Shown here: piece after piece, positions 1 to 9,290 of the stretch
How the letters are laid out: each line of letters opens with the position of its first letter
Numbering within the stretch: the stretch's first letter is position 1
Assembly (NCBI GenBank): GCA_023954815.1
Contig: JAGSHB010000005.1
Coordinates: 11,727 to 75,726, forward strand
From: Myxococcales bacterium
GTDB taxonomy: Bacteria; Myxococcota_A; UBA9042
Direction: 5' to 3'
Length of the DNA: 64,000 nt
Translations under genes and position numbers: made by a program
The notes under the pieces: generated by a model
Database searches by the model: none
What the model saw: the letters and a program-made list of their open reading frames with translations, nothing else
Told to the model about the DNA's origin: nothing

Positions 1-2925
1 TTCAGCCAAGTATTCGATCTTGTGCCCTGTAGACTCCAGACGTTCGGCGTGAGCGATGAGCCACTTCAATTGGCTGGTGGCCATGTCGCCCGCGCTCGGC
101 CAGCTCTTCGGCGATTGGGCGAGCAGCGCCTTGGCGAAGGTGTAGCGATAATCGTGCCGCTTCGGCGCCGCCTTGATGGCCTGCTTCATGCGGGAAATAC
201 CCTTGGACACCTCTTTCTGACGAAAGGCCAGCCGTCCGTATTGAAACAGGGTCTCGGCGTCGCCGCCTTGGCGATGGGCGACTCGGAATGCACGTTTGAG
301 CAGCGTATCAGCCCGCTCAAGATTGCCGCTGTCGAGCATGTACTGCCCGCTGAGGGCGTTGAGGCGAATGTCGTTGGGCTCACGATCGGCGAACTTCACA
401 AGGGTCTTGGCCGCATCCCCCGGCTTGCCTTTGCTCGCCAGCGCCATCGCCAATTGCTTGGCCCCCTCCCGGTCCAGGCCCCCTTCGGCCTGTAAGATCA
501 GCAGGGACTTCAACGCGGCATCGATGTGCCCGGCCTTCACGTCCATTCGGGCAGCGTTGAGCAAGTAGACTTTGTGACTTGGCTGCCGCTTGAGCAGTTC
601 GCCGTAGATCTTTCGCGCTTCGGCCGTTCGTTTGAGCACCACCAATTCCTGGGCCATCAGCTCCAGAATCGACGCCAGCGCGCCCAGCTTGCTGCGGGCG
701 TTGCTCAGCGTGCTCAAGGCGTCGTCGTGGCGACCAGCCTTACTCTGCAAGGTGGCCAGTCGCAGCGTAGCGCGCAGGTGCTTTGGCTCACGAGCGATGA
801 CCTTGGAGTAGAAATCTCGCGCCGTCGCCGTGTGCTGCTGTTGCTCCTCCACCTGGCCCCGCAGGAAGAGCAAATCGACCGACTCTGGAAAGCGGGCCGT
901 GGCATGTTTGATCTCGGCAAGCGCGTCGTCGTTGCGGTGCGCCCACAGCCAGTATTCGACCAACGCCACCTCGAATGCGATGGAGCCGAGGCCGCGCTTC
1001 TTGGCCTCGCTGAGCATCTTGATGCATTCCTGCGCCCGCTTTTGTTTCAGCAATAGGCGACCGAGACGCACCGTGGTCAACTCATCATCCGGGTTCAGCT
1101 TCTTGGCGGCATTGAGCGCCGTGATCTGGTCGTCCACACGGCCGCGACGGTGGGCGAGCCACGCCTCCTGCAGATAGACACGAAGAAGCGTCGTGGAGTC
1201 TTGCTCGTCTTGCGCCCACAGCGCCAAGGCCTTGAGCTCATTGGCTGCTTTACCCAGGTGATTGCCTCGGATCAGCCCAGAGACCAGCAGCAACCGTGCC
1301 TCGACCGCATCTTTCGCGGTGGGCGCAAAGCTCTGGAGGCCCTTGATGTGGGCCTCATGATTGCCCGAGATGTCGTCAATCCGAGCCTGGAGCATGACGA
1401 ACTTGATGCGGTTGCTGGCTCCCTCGGCCATTTTCAGGGCCCGGTCTGCGAGCTTTTTCGCTTCTTTGATGCGCTTGGCGTGTGGCCGGGGCGTCACCAT
1501 GGGGTCGATCGACGGGTTGCTGATACGACCCGGGTTGTCGAGTGCTGATTGCTGAACCTCAGCCATTTCCAACTGAAAAAGCGCCCATGCCGTCGTGCCG
1601 ACATCGTCTGCAGTGGGCTCAGGCACCTTGCGCAGGGCATCGATTTTATCCTGGATGCCACGCATGTCGCCGCGAGACAGTGGATCCAGCACGGCGAAGC
1701 GTGGTGATTGCAGCTTCGAGGTGGTCAGGAGCGTTTCCAGCTCCTTGCGATAGGCCGCATCTGCCGCAAAAACCGTGGGCATGCGCTCCATGAGATCGAG
1801 GTAAGCGCTCACGAGTGCCCGCAGAATCTTGGGGTCGTTCGGACGCACTTCGCGGACTTTCGTCAGTCGCGCAATCTCGAGTTGGTATGTGGCCGCGGAG
1901 TCCTTGATGTCAGTCGGATCACTCAGATTTTGCGGAATGGGCCGTTGCCTAGCCTTCAGCGGTTGAACGCTGGCCTCGTCGCCACCACCAACGCTGGGCA
2001 GAAAGTCGCCGAGACCAAATACAGGCAAACCTTGGTAGTCGAGGGCGATGCCGATGCTGAGGACGATGATTCCGCCGATGACTAGGCGATCGATCAGGGG
2101 ACCAAAGTTGCGAGGCTCGCGTTGGTCATCGGACAATGGCGTCCGCGAGACATCGGATTCGGCTCGCTCTTCGTGTTCCGAGGCGTCGTCTTGTCCCAAG
2201 AGGAGATCGTCGTCCTCACCTTCGTCAAAAATCGCGCCGGACGTATTGGCGGTCGCCAGAAATAGTGAGTCTTCTGAGTCGTCCCCAAAAAGCTCATCGT
2301 CTGTCGCGGCACCGCCTCCGCCGAAGTCGTCTCCGCCAAACTCACCGCTCGCAAACTTCTTGGCTCCAAAGTCTCCACTGTCGCCGAATAAGCCGTCCCC
2401 GCCGCCGTCTACCGGCATTCCAAAGGGGTCGGCATCATCGTCAGAAGGTTGGCCGACGTTGCCGAGCAGCGCTCCGAAATCCACATCTTCAGCGCCTGAG
2501 CCCGCTGGCGCAGCGAAGGGATCATCCGTGGCGGCAGGCGCGGAGCGTGCGTTGCCCGCTGGACTGTCAGAATCGCCACCACTGCCAAAGGGATCAGCAC
2601 CGCTCGACGCGAAAGGATCCGCCCCCCCGCCGCCAGCGAATGGGTCCGATCCGCCCGGAGCGAATGGATCGCCGCCACCAAAGGTCGTCGTCGCTCCACC
2701 ACCCATAGGGGCACCGAAACTCTCGAACTCGTCTTCACCGTCGCTGTGAGCGCTTGGCAACGGCGCCGCTTCGCTCGCCGCAGCGGTCACGTTGCCGTCC
2801 GGCGTGAACGTGTGAAGACAGAGGGGGCATTCCGCGTCCCGACCGGCTGCTGGGCCGGGAAAGACCGCGCCACAATTGGGGCACCGAATGTTCAAATTGG
2901 GCGCCTCGCTCTTGGGACAGACCAC
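1..2925 (-). CDS. Zinc-ribbon (MJ0042-type) plus Gly/Asp-Pro-Phe-rich linker plus TPR-repeat protein. 5' partial: the C-terminus runs off the window start.
   Basis: I read the minus strand by hand. The frame is open for 975 codons from GTG at 2925, with an in-frame stop just upstream. The N-terminus VVCPKSEAPNLNIRCPNCGAVF...ECPLC is a C4 zinc ribbon. It is followed by a low-complexity DPF/FGG region and then long TPR-like helices. It is missing from the ORF track because it has no stop inside the window. Confidence 0.6.
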   Translation of the reverse strand, partial: MVCPKSEAPNLNIRCPNCGAVFPGPAAGRDAECPLCLHTFTPDGNVTAAASEAAPLPSAHSDGEDEFESFGAPMGGGATTTFGGGDPFAPGGSDPFAGGGGADPFASSGADPFGSGGDSDSPAGNARSAPAATDDPFAAPAGSGAEDVDFGALLGNVGQPSDDDADPFGMPVDGGGDGLFGDSGDFGAKKFASGEFGGDDFGGGGAATDDELFGDDSEDSLFLATANTSGAIFDEGEDDDLLLGQDDASEHEERAESDVSRTPLSDDQREPRNFGPLIDRLVIGGIIVLSIGIALDYQGLPVFGLGDFLPSVGGGDEASVQPLKARQRPIPQNLSDPTDIKDSAATYQLEIARLTKVREVRPNDPKILRALVSAYLDLMERMPTVFAADAAYRKELETLLTTSKLQSPRFAVLDPLSRGDMRGIQDKIDALRKVPEPTADDVGTTAWALFQLEMAEVQQSALDNPGRISNPSIDPMVTPRPHAKRIKEAKKLADRALKMAEGASNRIKFVMLQARIDDISGNHEAHIKGLQSFAPTAKDAVEARLLLVSGLIRGNHLGKAANELKALALWAQDEQDSTTLLRVYLQEAWLAHRRGRVDDQITALNAAKKLNPDDELTTVRLGRLLLKQKRAQECIKMLSEAKKRGLGSIAFEVALVEYWLWAHRNDDALAEIKHATARFPESVDLLFLRGQVEEQQQHTATARDFYSKVIAREPKHLRATLRLATLQSKAGRHDDALSTLSNARSKLGALASILELMAQELVVLKRTAEARKIYGELLKRQPSHKVYLLNAARMDVKAGHIDAALKSLLILQAEGGLDREGAKQLAMALASKGKPGDAAKTLVKFADREPNDIRLNALSGQYMLDSGNLERADTLLKRAFRVAHRQGGDAETLFQYGRLAFRQKEVSKGISRMKQAIKAAPKRHDYRYTFAKALLAQSPKSWPSAGDMATSQLKWLIAHAERLESTGHKIEYLAE
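2270..2730. repeat. Low-complexity coding region with six Asp-Pro-Phe (DPF) motifs in a Gly-rich linker of the zinc-ribbon/TPR protein
   Basis: The minus-strand translation reads GDPFAPGGSDPFAGGGGADPFASSGADPFGSGG...DDPFAAPAG...ADPFGMPVDGGG. Confidence 0.6.
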
Positions 2926-3144
2926 TATTTCAGCGGCTCACGGGGTGGTAGCTCAATAAACGCTACCTTGCGTCTTTTAGGGGGTCAATGTTACCCGGTG
3001 TTCTGACTGGGAACCATGCCCTACAGCGGTCGCAAACGCAGAACGTTGGTCGATGTTTGGGGCCTACCGCTGGCTCACAGCACGGGCGAGTTCGTCACAG
3101 AATTCACATCGATAAGACCTGTGGCAATCACGACGAAGGGGCAC

Positions 3145-5145
3145 ATGGAACGCGCACTGACGATCGGCGTCGCCGGCCATGTCGACCACGGAAAGACCAC
3201 CCTGGTACGACAGTTGACCGGTGTCGAAACCGACAGGCTCGGCGAAGAAAAACGCCGTGGTATCAGCATTGAGCTTGGCTTTGCTCCCCTGACGCTCGAT
3301 GTCCTGGGACAGCCGGTTCGTATCGGCTTTGTCGATATGCCCGGTCACGAGCGCTTCGTGCGGCGAATGATCTCCGGTGCTGCTGGAATCGACGCGGTGC
3401 TCCTTGTCGTCGCGGCTGACGAGGGGGTCATGCCGCAGGGGCGTGAGCACCTCGCTATTTGCGAACTGCTCGGTGTGCAGCAGGGTGCGATTGTGCTGAC
3501 GAAGGTCGATATGGCCGACGAACTCCTCACCGAGTTGGTCGCCGAGGACGTGCAAGACTTGGTGACGGACACCGCTCTCGATGGCGCACCTATCCTCCAG
3601 TTTTCAGCCATGGAGCCGGACCGGTGGCTCCCACAGTTGAAGACGCAGCTGGGCGAACTTGCTGCTGGTTGGTTGTCAGCGCGCCAGGCTCAGCGGTCCA
3701 GTAGGGCGATGATGCCGTTTCGCCTGCCGATCGATCGCAGCTTCGTCCTCCCGGGTCGCGGCACGATCGTCACGGGTACAGCGGCCGCCGGGCAAATTGA
3801 GACGGGCATGTCGCTGGCTGTGCACCCGGGATCCCTGAGGTTTCGGGTTCGCGGTTTGCAGCGCCATGGTGCTGACGTGACCTCTTTCGTGGCGCCCGGC
3901 CGAGTGGCCCTCGACCTCGCGGGAGCGACCGCTGAAGAGGTTCCGGTCGGTGCAGTGTTGGCCGCCGATGGGGCGCTGCTTGAGACCGATCGCATCGATG
4001 CCAAGATCACAACGCTCACGCACCTCAAGCGCCCGCTCAAGCTGAGGCAGCGCGCGCTGGTTCATCTCGGCACGACGCACGTTGAGGCTGCGATTACGCA
4101 GCTGAGTGGCGAACCGCTGCTGCCAGGAGAGACCGCCTTCGTGCAGCTGCACCTCGATCGCCCGCTTGCCGTGGCTGGCGGGGAGCGTTTCATTGTACGG
4201 AGTTCATCGGTCGATCCGCGCCATGGTCAGACGATCGCTGGTGGGCAAGTGCTGCACCCTGCTCCTGCGCGGCACCGGTTGGGTGACGCGCGCGTCCTGA
4301 CCGAACTCGATCGACTGTCGACCGGCGATGGTGAGACACGGGTCGCCGCCATGGTGGCTTTGGCGAGAGATCGCGGTCTCAACGAAGCCGAACTCGCCCA
4401 GCATCTCGACCTGCCCGCCGCCGCTATCGCCAAAGCGGTCAAGTCCAATCTCGCCCGAGGTCGCTTGAGACGCTTCGGCAAGCCTCCTCGCTACCTGTCC
4501 CCGTTGGCCGTCGAATCGCTCGAGCAGCGCGCGCAGGCGGCCGTCGACCGTAGTCATACCCAGATGCCAGATCGCCCTGGCCTCGATGAAGCGGAGCTGA
4601 CGCGACAGATCGGTCAATGGCTCGATCCGCAGATGACAGGCGCGTTGGTCGCGACTTTGATCAAGCGCGGTGTGCTTGTGCGGGTCGGGAAAGATGTGGC
4701 GCGGCCGGATTTCAAGCCGAAACGCCTCACCGCACGCAAGGAGGTCCACGAGGCAATCACCGCTGTACTCGGCCACGCCGATGATTTGGCTGTTCCGATC
4801 GGCAACGCCTTCATGACTGAGGTCTCTGCGCGATCGGGCTCGGACGCCGACGAGATCGCGCTGGCTGTACGCGAGGGAGTCGCCAGCGGTCAGTTGGTGC
4901 AGATTCGCGCGGGATTTGTCTTGCCCTCGGCCAGGCTGAATTCAGCGATCGAGTCCGTGTTTCAGGCGTTTTCGCAGCAAGAGCGCTTCACGACGGGCGA
5001 GCTCAAGGAGGTCCTGGGGCTCTCCCGTAAGCACCTCATTCCGGTTGCCGAGTATCTCGACGGCCAGCGATTGACGGTGCGTGATCCCGACGGCAACCGG
5101 CGCTTTCGCGCAAAGGCGCTACAGGCCTGGCTAGCGCGCAACTGA
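3145..5145 (+). CDS. selB: Selenocysteine-specific translation elongation factor SelB
   Basis: The G-domain reads IGVAGHVDHGKTTL and DRLGEEKRRGISIELGFA. These are SelB hallmarks and differ from EF-Tu. The length of about 666 aa and the C-terminal winged-helix-like region fit. ATG 3145 is preceded by AAGGGG. The upstream part of the listed ORF (3016-3144) is not coding. Confidence 0.85.
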   Translation: MERALTIGVAGHVDHGKTTLVRQLTGVETDRLGEEKRRGISIELGFAPLTLDVLGQPVRIGFVDMPGHERFVRRMISGAAGIDAVLLVVAADEGVMPQGREHLAICELLGVQQGAIVLTKVDMADELLTELVAEDVQDLVTDTALDGAPILQFSAMEPDRWLPQLKTQLGELAAGWLSARQAQRSSRAMMPFRLPIDRSFVLPGRGTIVTGTAAAGQIETGMSLAVHPGSLRFRVRGLQRHGADVTSFVAPGRVALDLAGATAEEVPVGAVLAADGALLETDRIDAKITTLTHLKRPLKLRQRALVHLGTTHVEAAITQLSGEPLLPGETAFVQLHLDRPLAVAGGERFIVRSSSVDPRHGQTIAGGQVLHPAPARHRLGDARVLTELDRLSTGDGETRVAAMVALARDRGLNEAELAQHLDLPAAAIAKAVKSNLARGRLRRFGKPPRYLSPLAVESLEQRAQAAVDRSHTQMPDRPGLDEAELTRQIGQWLDPQMTGALVATLIKRGVLVRVGKDVARPDFKPKRLTARKEVHEAITAVLGHADDLAVPIGNAFMTEVSARSGSDADEIALAVREGVASGQLVQIRAGFVLPSARLNSAIESVFQAFSQQERFTTGELKEVLGLSRKHLIPVAEYLDGQRLTVRDPDGNRRFRAKALQAWLARN

Positions 5146-5256
5146 CCCAACAGCCGAGCGGTACCATGCAGTGGCATCACGTGCTCTCTATGGGACAGAT
5201 GGTCGTCGGATCGCCGTCTGGATGAGCGGCGGAATGTGGGCGTGCAGGCCGGCAGC

Positions 5257-5656
5257 CTACTTCGGTTTGCTCGCCGTCTTCTTCTTGCCCTTTCCCTTGG
5301 CGGTGAGCTCAGCGGCTGCTGCGGCGGCCGCCTCCTGGCTTTCCTCGCCGGCGGCGTGGGGGACTGGCTTCCAAGCGGCCCACTTGCCTTCGCTGCGCAT
5401 CCGCAGACGAATGGGCTCAAAGCCGCGGTGCTCAAGTTGACGCACGAAACGAGATAGCAGCGTGTCAAAATCCGGCGCTTCCCGGATGATGAACTGAATC
5501 AGAAAGTGAAACGGGTCCGAGCACTGCGTCGCAGCAAACAGCCGCTTGCGTCGCCGCTCTTCCTTTTGAAACACCGTTACTTGAAAAACCACATCGCGGC
5601 TGAGCTTCGACGCTTCAAGCTGGAACGTACTATGCTCAGTAATCACGGCGACCTCG
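5257..5656 (-). CDS. Hypothetical protein with a Lys-rich C-terminal tail (AAAAAELTAKGKGKKKTASKPK)
   Basis: This is a minus ORF. The Arg-rich N-terminal part of the listed ORF looks non-coding. The likely start is GTG 5656. There is no recognisable domain. Confidence 0.3.
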
Positions 5657-6164
5657 GTTCGCGCTGTGAAAGTGCGCCTGACGCGCTTGGCTTTCGTGTG
5701 GCGGCGATTGTTCTGCCGCCTGTAGGGACGTGTCAAGGGTTCGCCATGCCTGACAGACCGCAGCGCGTACCGCCATGGCCGAATGTCACGACCAACCACC
5801 ATGAATCACGGTACAATCACAAGCCACTGTCGTCGCTTGATTCGTTCGACCCAGCTGTCTTGTTGCCTCGACACGGCGGAACCAGGCTGATTGAGCCAAA
5901 GCACAAGTTTAAAGGTCTTTAATTGCAAGATGTTGTACTGTGGTGCCCGCGCTTTCCAACCAATCGTCAGTACCGCACTATTCCTTCATTGACAGCCGCT
6001 GGTCGCATCCCTAGACTCCGCGCCCCAGCCACCCCTGGCATTGTCGCCAGGGTCCGTCTCCACCGCTAGTGGGGTCGAGATGGGGCAGGAAGCTGCGGCG
6101 ACTTTGATGCGCCCAGCACGGAACCAGCGGACCCTGGCAACCACTGTCAGGAGGAGATCAGACC

Positions 6165-6374
6165 ATGGCCGTCCCGAAGCGTCGCATGTCACGCTCGCGC
6201 ACTCACAAGCGCCGGGCCAACCACGACAAGCTCACACCCACGCCGGTGTCGTCTTGCGCTAACTGCGGCTCGCCCGTTCGCTCGCACCACGTGTGCCTCG
6301 AATGTGGCACCTACCGTGGTCGCGAGATCGTCGAGCCGCGTTCGGTTGAAGAGCAGCTCGACACCGAGTCCTAG
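6165..6374 (+). CDS. rpmF: 50S ribosomal protein L32
   Basis: MAVPKRRMSRSRTHKRRANHDKL is the canonical L32 N-terminus. A CxxC...CxxC zinc ribbon is present. Confidence 0.9.
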   Translation: MAVPKRRMSRSRTHKRRANHDKLTPTPVSSCANCGSPVRSHHVCLECGTYRGREIVEPRSVEEQLDTES

Positions 6375-6460
6375 GTCGTTGATGTTACGCACGGCCGTCG
6401 CGGCTTTTGCTGCGGCGGCTCGTCGCTTTTTTGCGCACTCACCCCTCAGGGAGGCATAGC

Positions 6461-6919
6461 ATGCGTATCGCCATCGCCTCCGATCACGCGGCCGTCGAGC
6501 TTCGACAGGAACTCGCTGAGCAGTTGCGCGCAGCCGGTCATGAGGTCGCCGATCTCGGCGCTGAGCTGGGGGTTCGCGTTGACTATCCGGACTATGCGGA
6601 GCAAGTCGCCTCCCGCATCGTTGATGGCCAGGCCGATCGCGGCGTGCTGGTTTGTGGCACCGGCATCGGCATGAGCATCGCAGCGAACAAGATCCCAGGG
6701 ATACGCGCCGCCTTGGTGCACGACGTGACCACAGCCGCCCTGGCCGCCGCTCATAACAACGCCAACATTCTGTGCCTCGGTGGCCGTGTTCTTGGACCGG
6801 TCACCCTCGCCGAGTGCGTGACTGCCTGGCTGACGACCCCTTTTGAGGCGCGTCATCAGCATCGGCTCGATAAGGTGACCGCCCTGGAACGCAACAACGC
6901 CTCCGAGCGAGGTAAGTAA
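6461..6919 (+). CDS. rpiB: Ribose-5-phosphate isomerase B (RpiB/LacAB family)
   Basis: The motifs MRIAIASDHA, VLVCGTGIGMSIAANK and NNANILCLGGR are diagnostic. ATG 6461 is preceded by GGAGG. Confidence 0.85.
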   Translation: MRIAIASDHAAVELRQELAEQLRAAGHEVADLGAELGVRVDYPDYAEQVASRIVDGQADRGVLVCGTGIGMSIAANKIPGIRAALVHDVTTAALAAAHNNANILCLGGRVLGPVTLAECVTAWLTTPFEARHQHRLDKVTALERNNASERGK

Positions 6920-7377
6920 TGCATTGCCCATCCTGCGATTCCGTTGGCTCTCGTGTTGTCGATTCTCGCGGTACCCCAGGTGAAGATGCCATCCGTCGCC
7001 GCCGGGAATGCGATACCTGTGGACACCGTTTCACCACCTACGAGCGCGTCGATCTCCCGAACATCTTCGTCATCAAGAAAAATGGCGAGAGGGAGTTGTT
7101 CGAGCGTGACAAGTTTCTCGCCGGCATTCACGTGGCGTTGCACCGTCGCCCGGTCGCTGCAGCCGCGATCGATGAGTTCGTCAGGACTGTCGAGACGCGC
7201 ATCGGTAGCGCCCGCGAGGTTCAATCGCACGAGCTCGGCGAGATGATCATGACGTTCTTGCGCGGCGTCGACCACATCGGTTTTGTGCGATTCGCCAGCG
7301 TCTATCGTGAGTTTAAGGATATTGGCGCGCTGCTGCGTGAAGTGGCTTCCCTCGTCGAGCAGGGCGAGCCGAAATGA
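6919..7377 (+). CDS. nrdR: Transcriptional repressor NrdR
   Basis: MHCPSCDS...SRVVDSRG...RRRECDTCGHRFTTYE shows the zinc ribbon plus ATP-cone. It overlaps rpiB at ATGA. Confidence 0.9.
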   Translation: MHCPSCDSVGSRVVDSRGTPGEDAIRRRRECDTCGHRFTTYERVDLPNIFVIKKNGERELFERDKFLAGIHVALHRRPVAAAAIDEFVRTVETRIGSAREVQSHELGEMIMTFLRGVDHIGFVRFASVYREFKDIGALLREVASLVEQGEPK

Positions 7378-8483
7378 GTCCGCGGGATGCCGCTTGGATG
7401 CGAATGGCGATTGCGGCCGCGCATCGAGGCGGCCCGTCGGTCCGTCCCAATCCCCAGGTGGGTTGTGTCTTGGTCGCCGATGGTGTGGTCGTCGGTGAGG
7501 GCTATCACGCCAGGTGCGGCGGTCCACACGCGGAAGCGGAAGCGCTCGCCGCCGCGGGCAATGCTGCTCGAGGTGCGACTGCGTACGTCACACTCGAACC
7601 CTGCAATCACCACGGTCGAACCCCGCCGTGTGCCCAAGCGCTCATCGCCGCCGGTGTGCGTCGGGTTGTTATTGGCGTCGCTGATCCCAATCCGACTGCC
7701 AGCGGCGGCTGTGCCACCTTGCGCCAAGCCGGCGTCGAGGTGGTGACCGGTGTTGAGTCGACCGCATGCGAACAAGCCGCCGAGATCTTCTTCGTGGGCC
7801 AGCGTCACAAGCGCGCTTTCGTTCAGCTCAAGTTGGCCGCGACCCTCGATGGGTTCACGGCGGCGGCCGATGGCACTTCCCAATGGATCACCAGCCCGGC
7901 AGCTAGAATTGAGGTCCATCGCATGCGCGCCCACGCCGACGCCGTCCTGATCGGCAGCGGCACGGCACTGGCCGACAATCCGCGGCTCGACGTGCGCCAT
8001 CTTCAGTCAGACAGACAGCCCATTCGCGTGGTCACCGATCGCCGACTCCGTTTGCCTCCCGATAGCCGTCTTGCCGACACCTCGGCGCTCCGGACCTTGG
8101 TACTGATCGACGACCCACTGGTAGGCGTATCGCCGCGCGCTGAGGCGCTGAGGGCTCGTGGGGTTGAGGTGCAGTGTGTGGCGCCCGTGCCCGGCAGTGA
8201 CTGGTTGGCCGCAGTCCTCGCGCATCTGCACGATCTCGGGATGATGGCTGTATTGGTAGAAGGAGGAGCGACCTTGGCTGGATCGCTCCTCCAAGCACAA
8301 CTCGTCGATCGACTCGATGTGTTCTTTGCTCCACGACTGCTCGGCAGCGGAACTTCGCTGTGGCACGAGTTGGGTATTACGACCCTGTCTGACGCACGGC
8401 GTCTGGTCTTTGACCCGCCCAAGCAGATTGGCCCGGACATCTGGCTGACAGGGCGGCCCACCATTTCCGAGGAGCTTCACTAA
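7374..8483 (+). CDS. ribD: Bifunctional riboflavin biosynthesis protein RibD (deaminase/reductase)
   Basis: The CMP/dCMP deaminase motif HAEAEAL...LEPCNHHGRTPPC is followed by the C-terminal reductase domain. It overlaps nrdR by 4 nt. Confidence 0.9.
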   Translation: MSPRDAAWMRMAIAAAHRGGPSVRPNPQVGCVLVADGVVVGEGYHARCGGPHAEAEALAAAGNAARGATAYVTLEPCNHHGRTPPCAQALIAAGVRRVVIGVADPNPTASGGCATLRQAGVEVVTGVESTACEQAAEIFFVGQRHKRAFVQLKLAATLDGFTAAADGTSQWITSPAARIEVHRMRAHADAVLIGSGTALADNPRLDVRHLQSDRQPIRVVTDRRLRLPPDSRLADTSALRTLVLIDDPLVGVSPRAEALRARGVEVQCVAPVPGSDWLAAVLAHLHDLGMMAVLVEGGATLAGSLLQAQLVDRLDVFFAPRLLGSGTSLWHELGITTLSDARRLVFDPPKQIGPDIWLTGRPTISEELH

Positions 8484-9154
8484 TGTTCACTGGAATCATC
8501 GAGGCGGTCGGAAGGGTCGTCAGCATATCAACGACCGGTGAGGACGCGCGCATTGTCATTTCAGCGTCTTGGCCGGATGGCGACTACCCTGGCGTCGCTC
8601 TTGGCGATAGCGTTGCCATCAACGGGACCTGCCTCACTGTTGTCCGATTCACTAAGAAAATCAACGAATTGACGCTTGATTTCGACGCCAGTCACGAAAC
8701 CATGGCGCTGACGTCTCTCGGGGCGCTATCCACTGGCGACAAGGTCAATATGGAGCGTGCGCTACGTGTGGGTGACCGGCTCGGAGGGCACTGGGTGACC
8801 GGTCACGTTGACGGCACAGGTACGCTGGTCGATGTCACGCGCAACGGTGAGGCCTGGGACCTGTCCTACAAGATGCCGACCGAGCTGGAGCCTGAGGTGG
8901 TGCAGAAAGGCAGCATCTGCATCGACGGCGTCTCGCTGACGGTCAATCGCGTCTGGCCGGAGCACTTTCAGGTGACGCTCATCCCCCACACAGTCGCCCA
9001 TACACAACTCCTTGAGGGCGGCGCTGGCACACGGGTTAACCTCGAGTCGGACATTGTTGGCAAGTACATGCGGCGGTTCGTCGACCTCGGGCTTCAACCC
9101 AATGCTCAAGGCGGGGTTAGCTTGGAAACTTTACGAAAGGCTGGATTCGCGTGA
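8483..9154 (+). CDS. ribE: Riboflavin synthase alpha subunit
   Basis: The N-terminus MFTGIIEAVG and the duplicated lumazine-binding repeats (GDSVAINGTCLTV / GSICIDGVSLTV) are present. Confidence 0.9.
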   Translation: MFTGIIEAVGRVVSISTTGEDARIVISASWPDGDYPGVALGDSVAINGTCLTVVRFTKKINELTLDFDASHETMALTSLGALSTGDKVNMERALRVGDRLGGHWVTGHVDGTGTLVDVTRNGEAWDLSYKMPTELEPEVVQKGSICIDGVSLTVNRVWPEHFQVTLIPHTVAHTQLLEGGAGTRVNLESDIVGKYMRRFVDLGLQPNAQGGVSLETLRKAGFA

Positions 9155-9290
9155 CAACTGTCGCAGTTTCTGTGACGGGTCCCCCGATCTGAAGTGCTGG
9201 CCAATCGTAGGCCCCTGCACGTGCGACTGTTCCTTGTCTGGACGATGCAACGATGCTACCAAAGCGGACTGTCCCCCCCACGAAAGCCTA

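Noticed and set aside
2048-2749. 233-aa plus-strand Ser/Pro-rich ORF and neighbouring plus ORFs at 22-2085
   Set aside because: They are antisense to the continuous 975-codon minus-strand zinc-ribbon/TPR gene. The minus frame was read end to end with no stop.
3016-3144. Upstream extension of selB (MPYSGRKRRT...)
   Set aside because: SelB orthologues begin at the MERALTIGVAGHVDHGKT G-domain. ATG 3145 has an AAGGGG RBS. The extension is not conserved-looking.
2926-3144. Searched the selB upstream spacer for a tRNA-Sec (selC)
   Set aside because: I could not find a convincing acceptor/T-arm pairing or UCA anticodon loop by eye. This needs tRNAscan/Secmarker to settle, so I did not call a tRNA.
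6375-6460. GC-rich stretch followed by CGCTTTTTTGCGC after rpmF as an intrinsic terminator
   Set aside because: A T-run is present, but I could not find a clean inverted repeat of 6 bp or more immediately upstream. rpiB follows closely and may be co-transcribed. Left uncalled.
9012-9290. N-terminal 93 codons of the 562-aa ORF overlapping ribE
   Set aside because: It overlaps the 3' end of ribE in another frame. The signal-peptide start at ATG 9291 gives a sensible mature protein. The upstream extension is Cys/Ser-rich junk.
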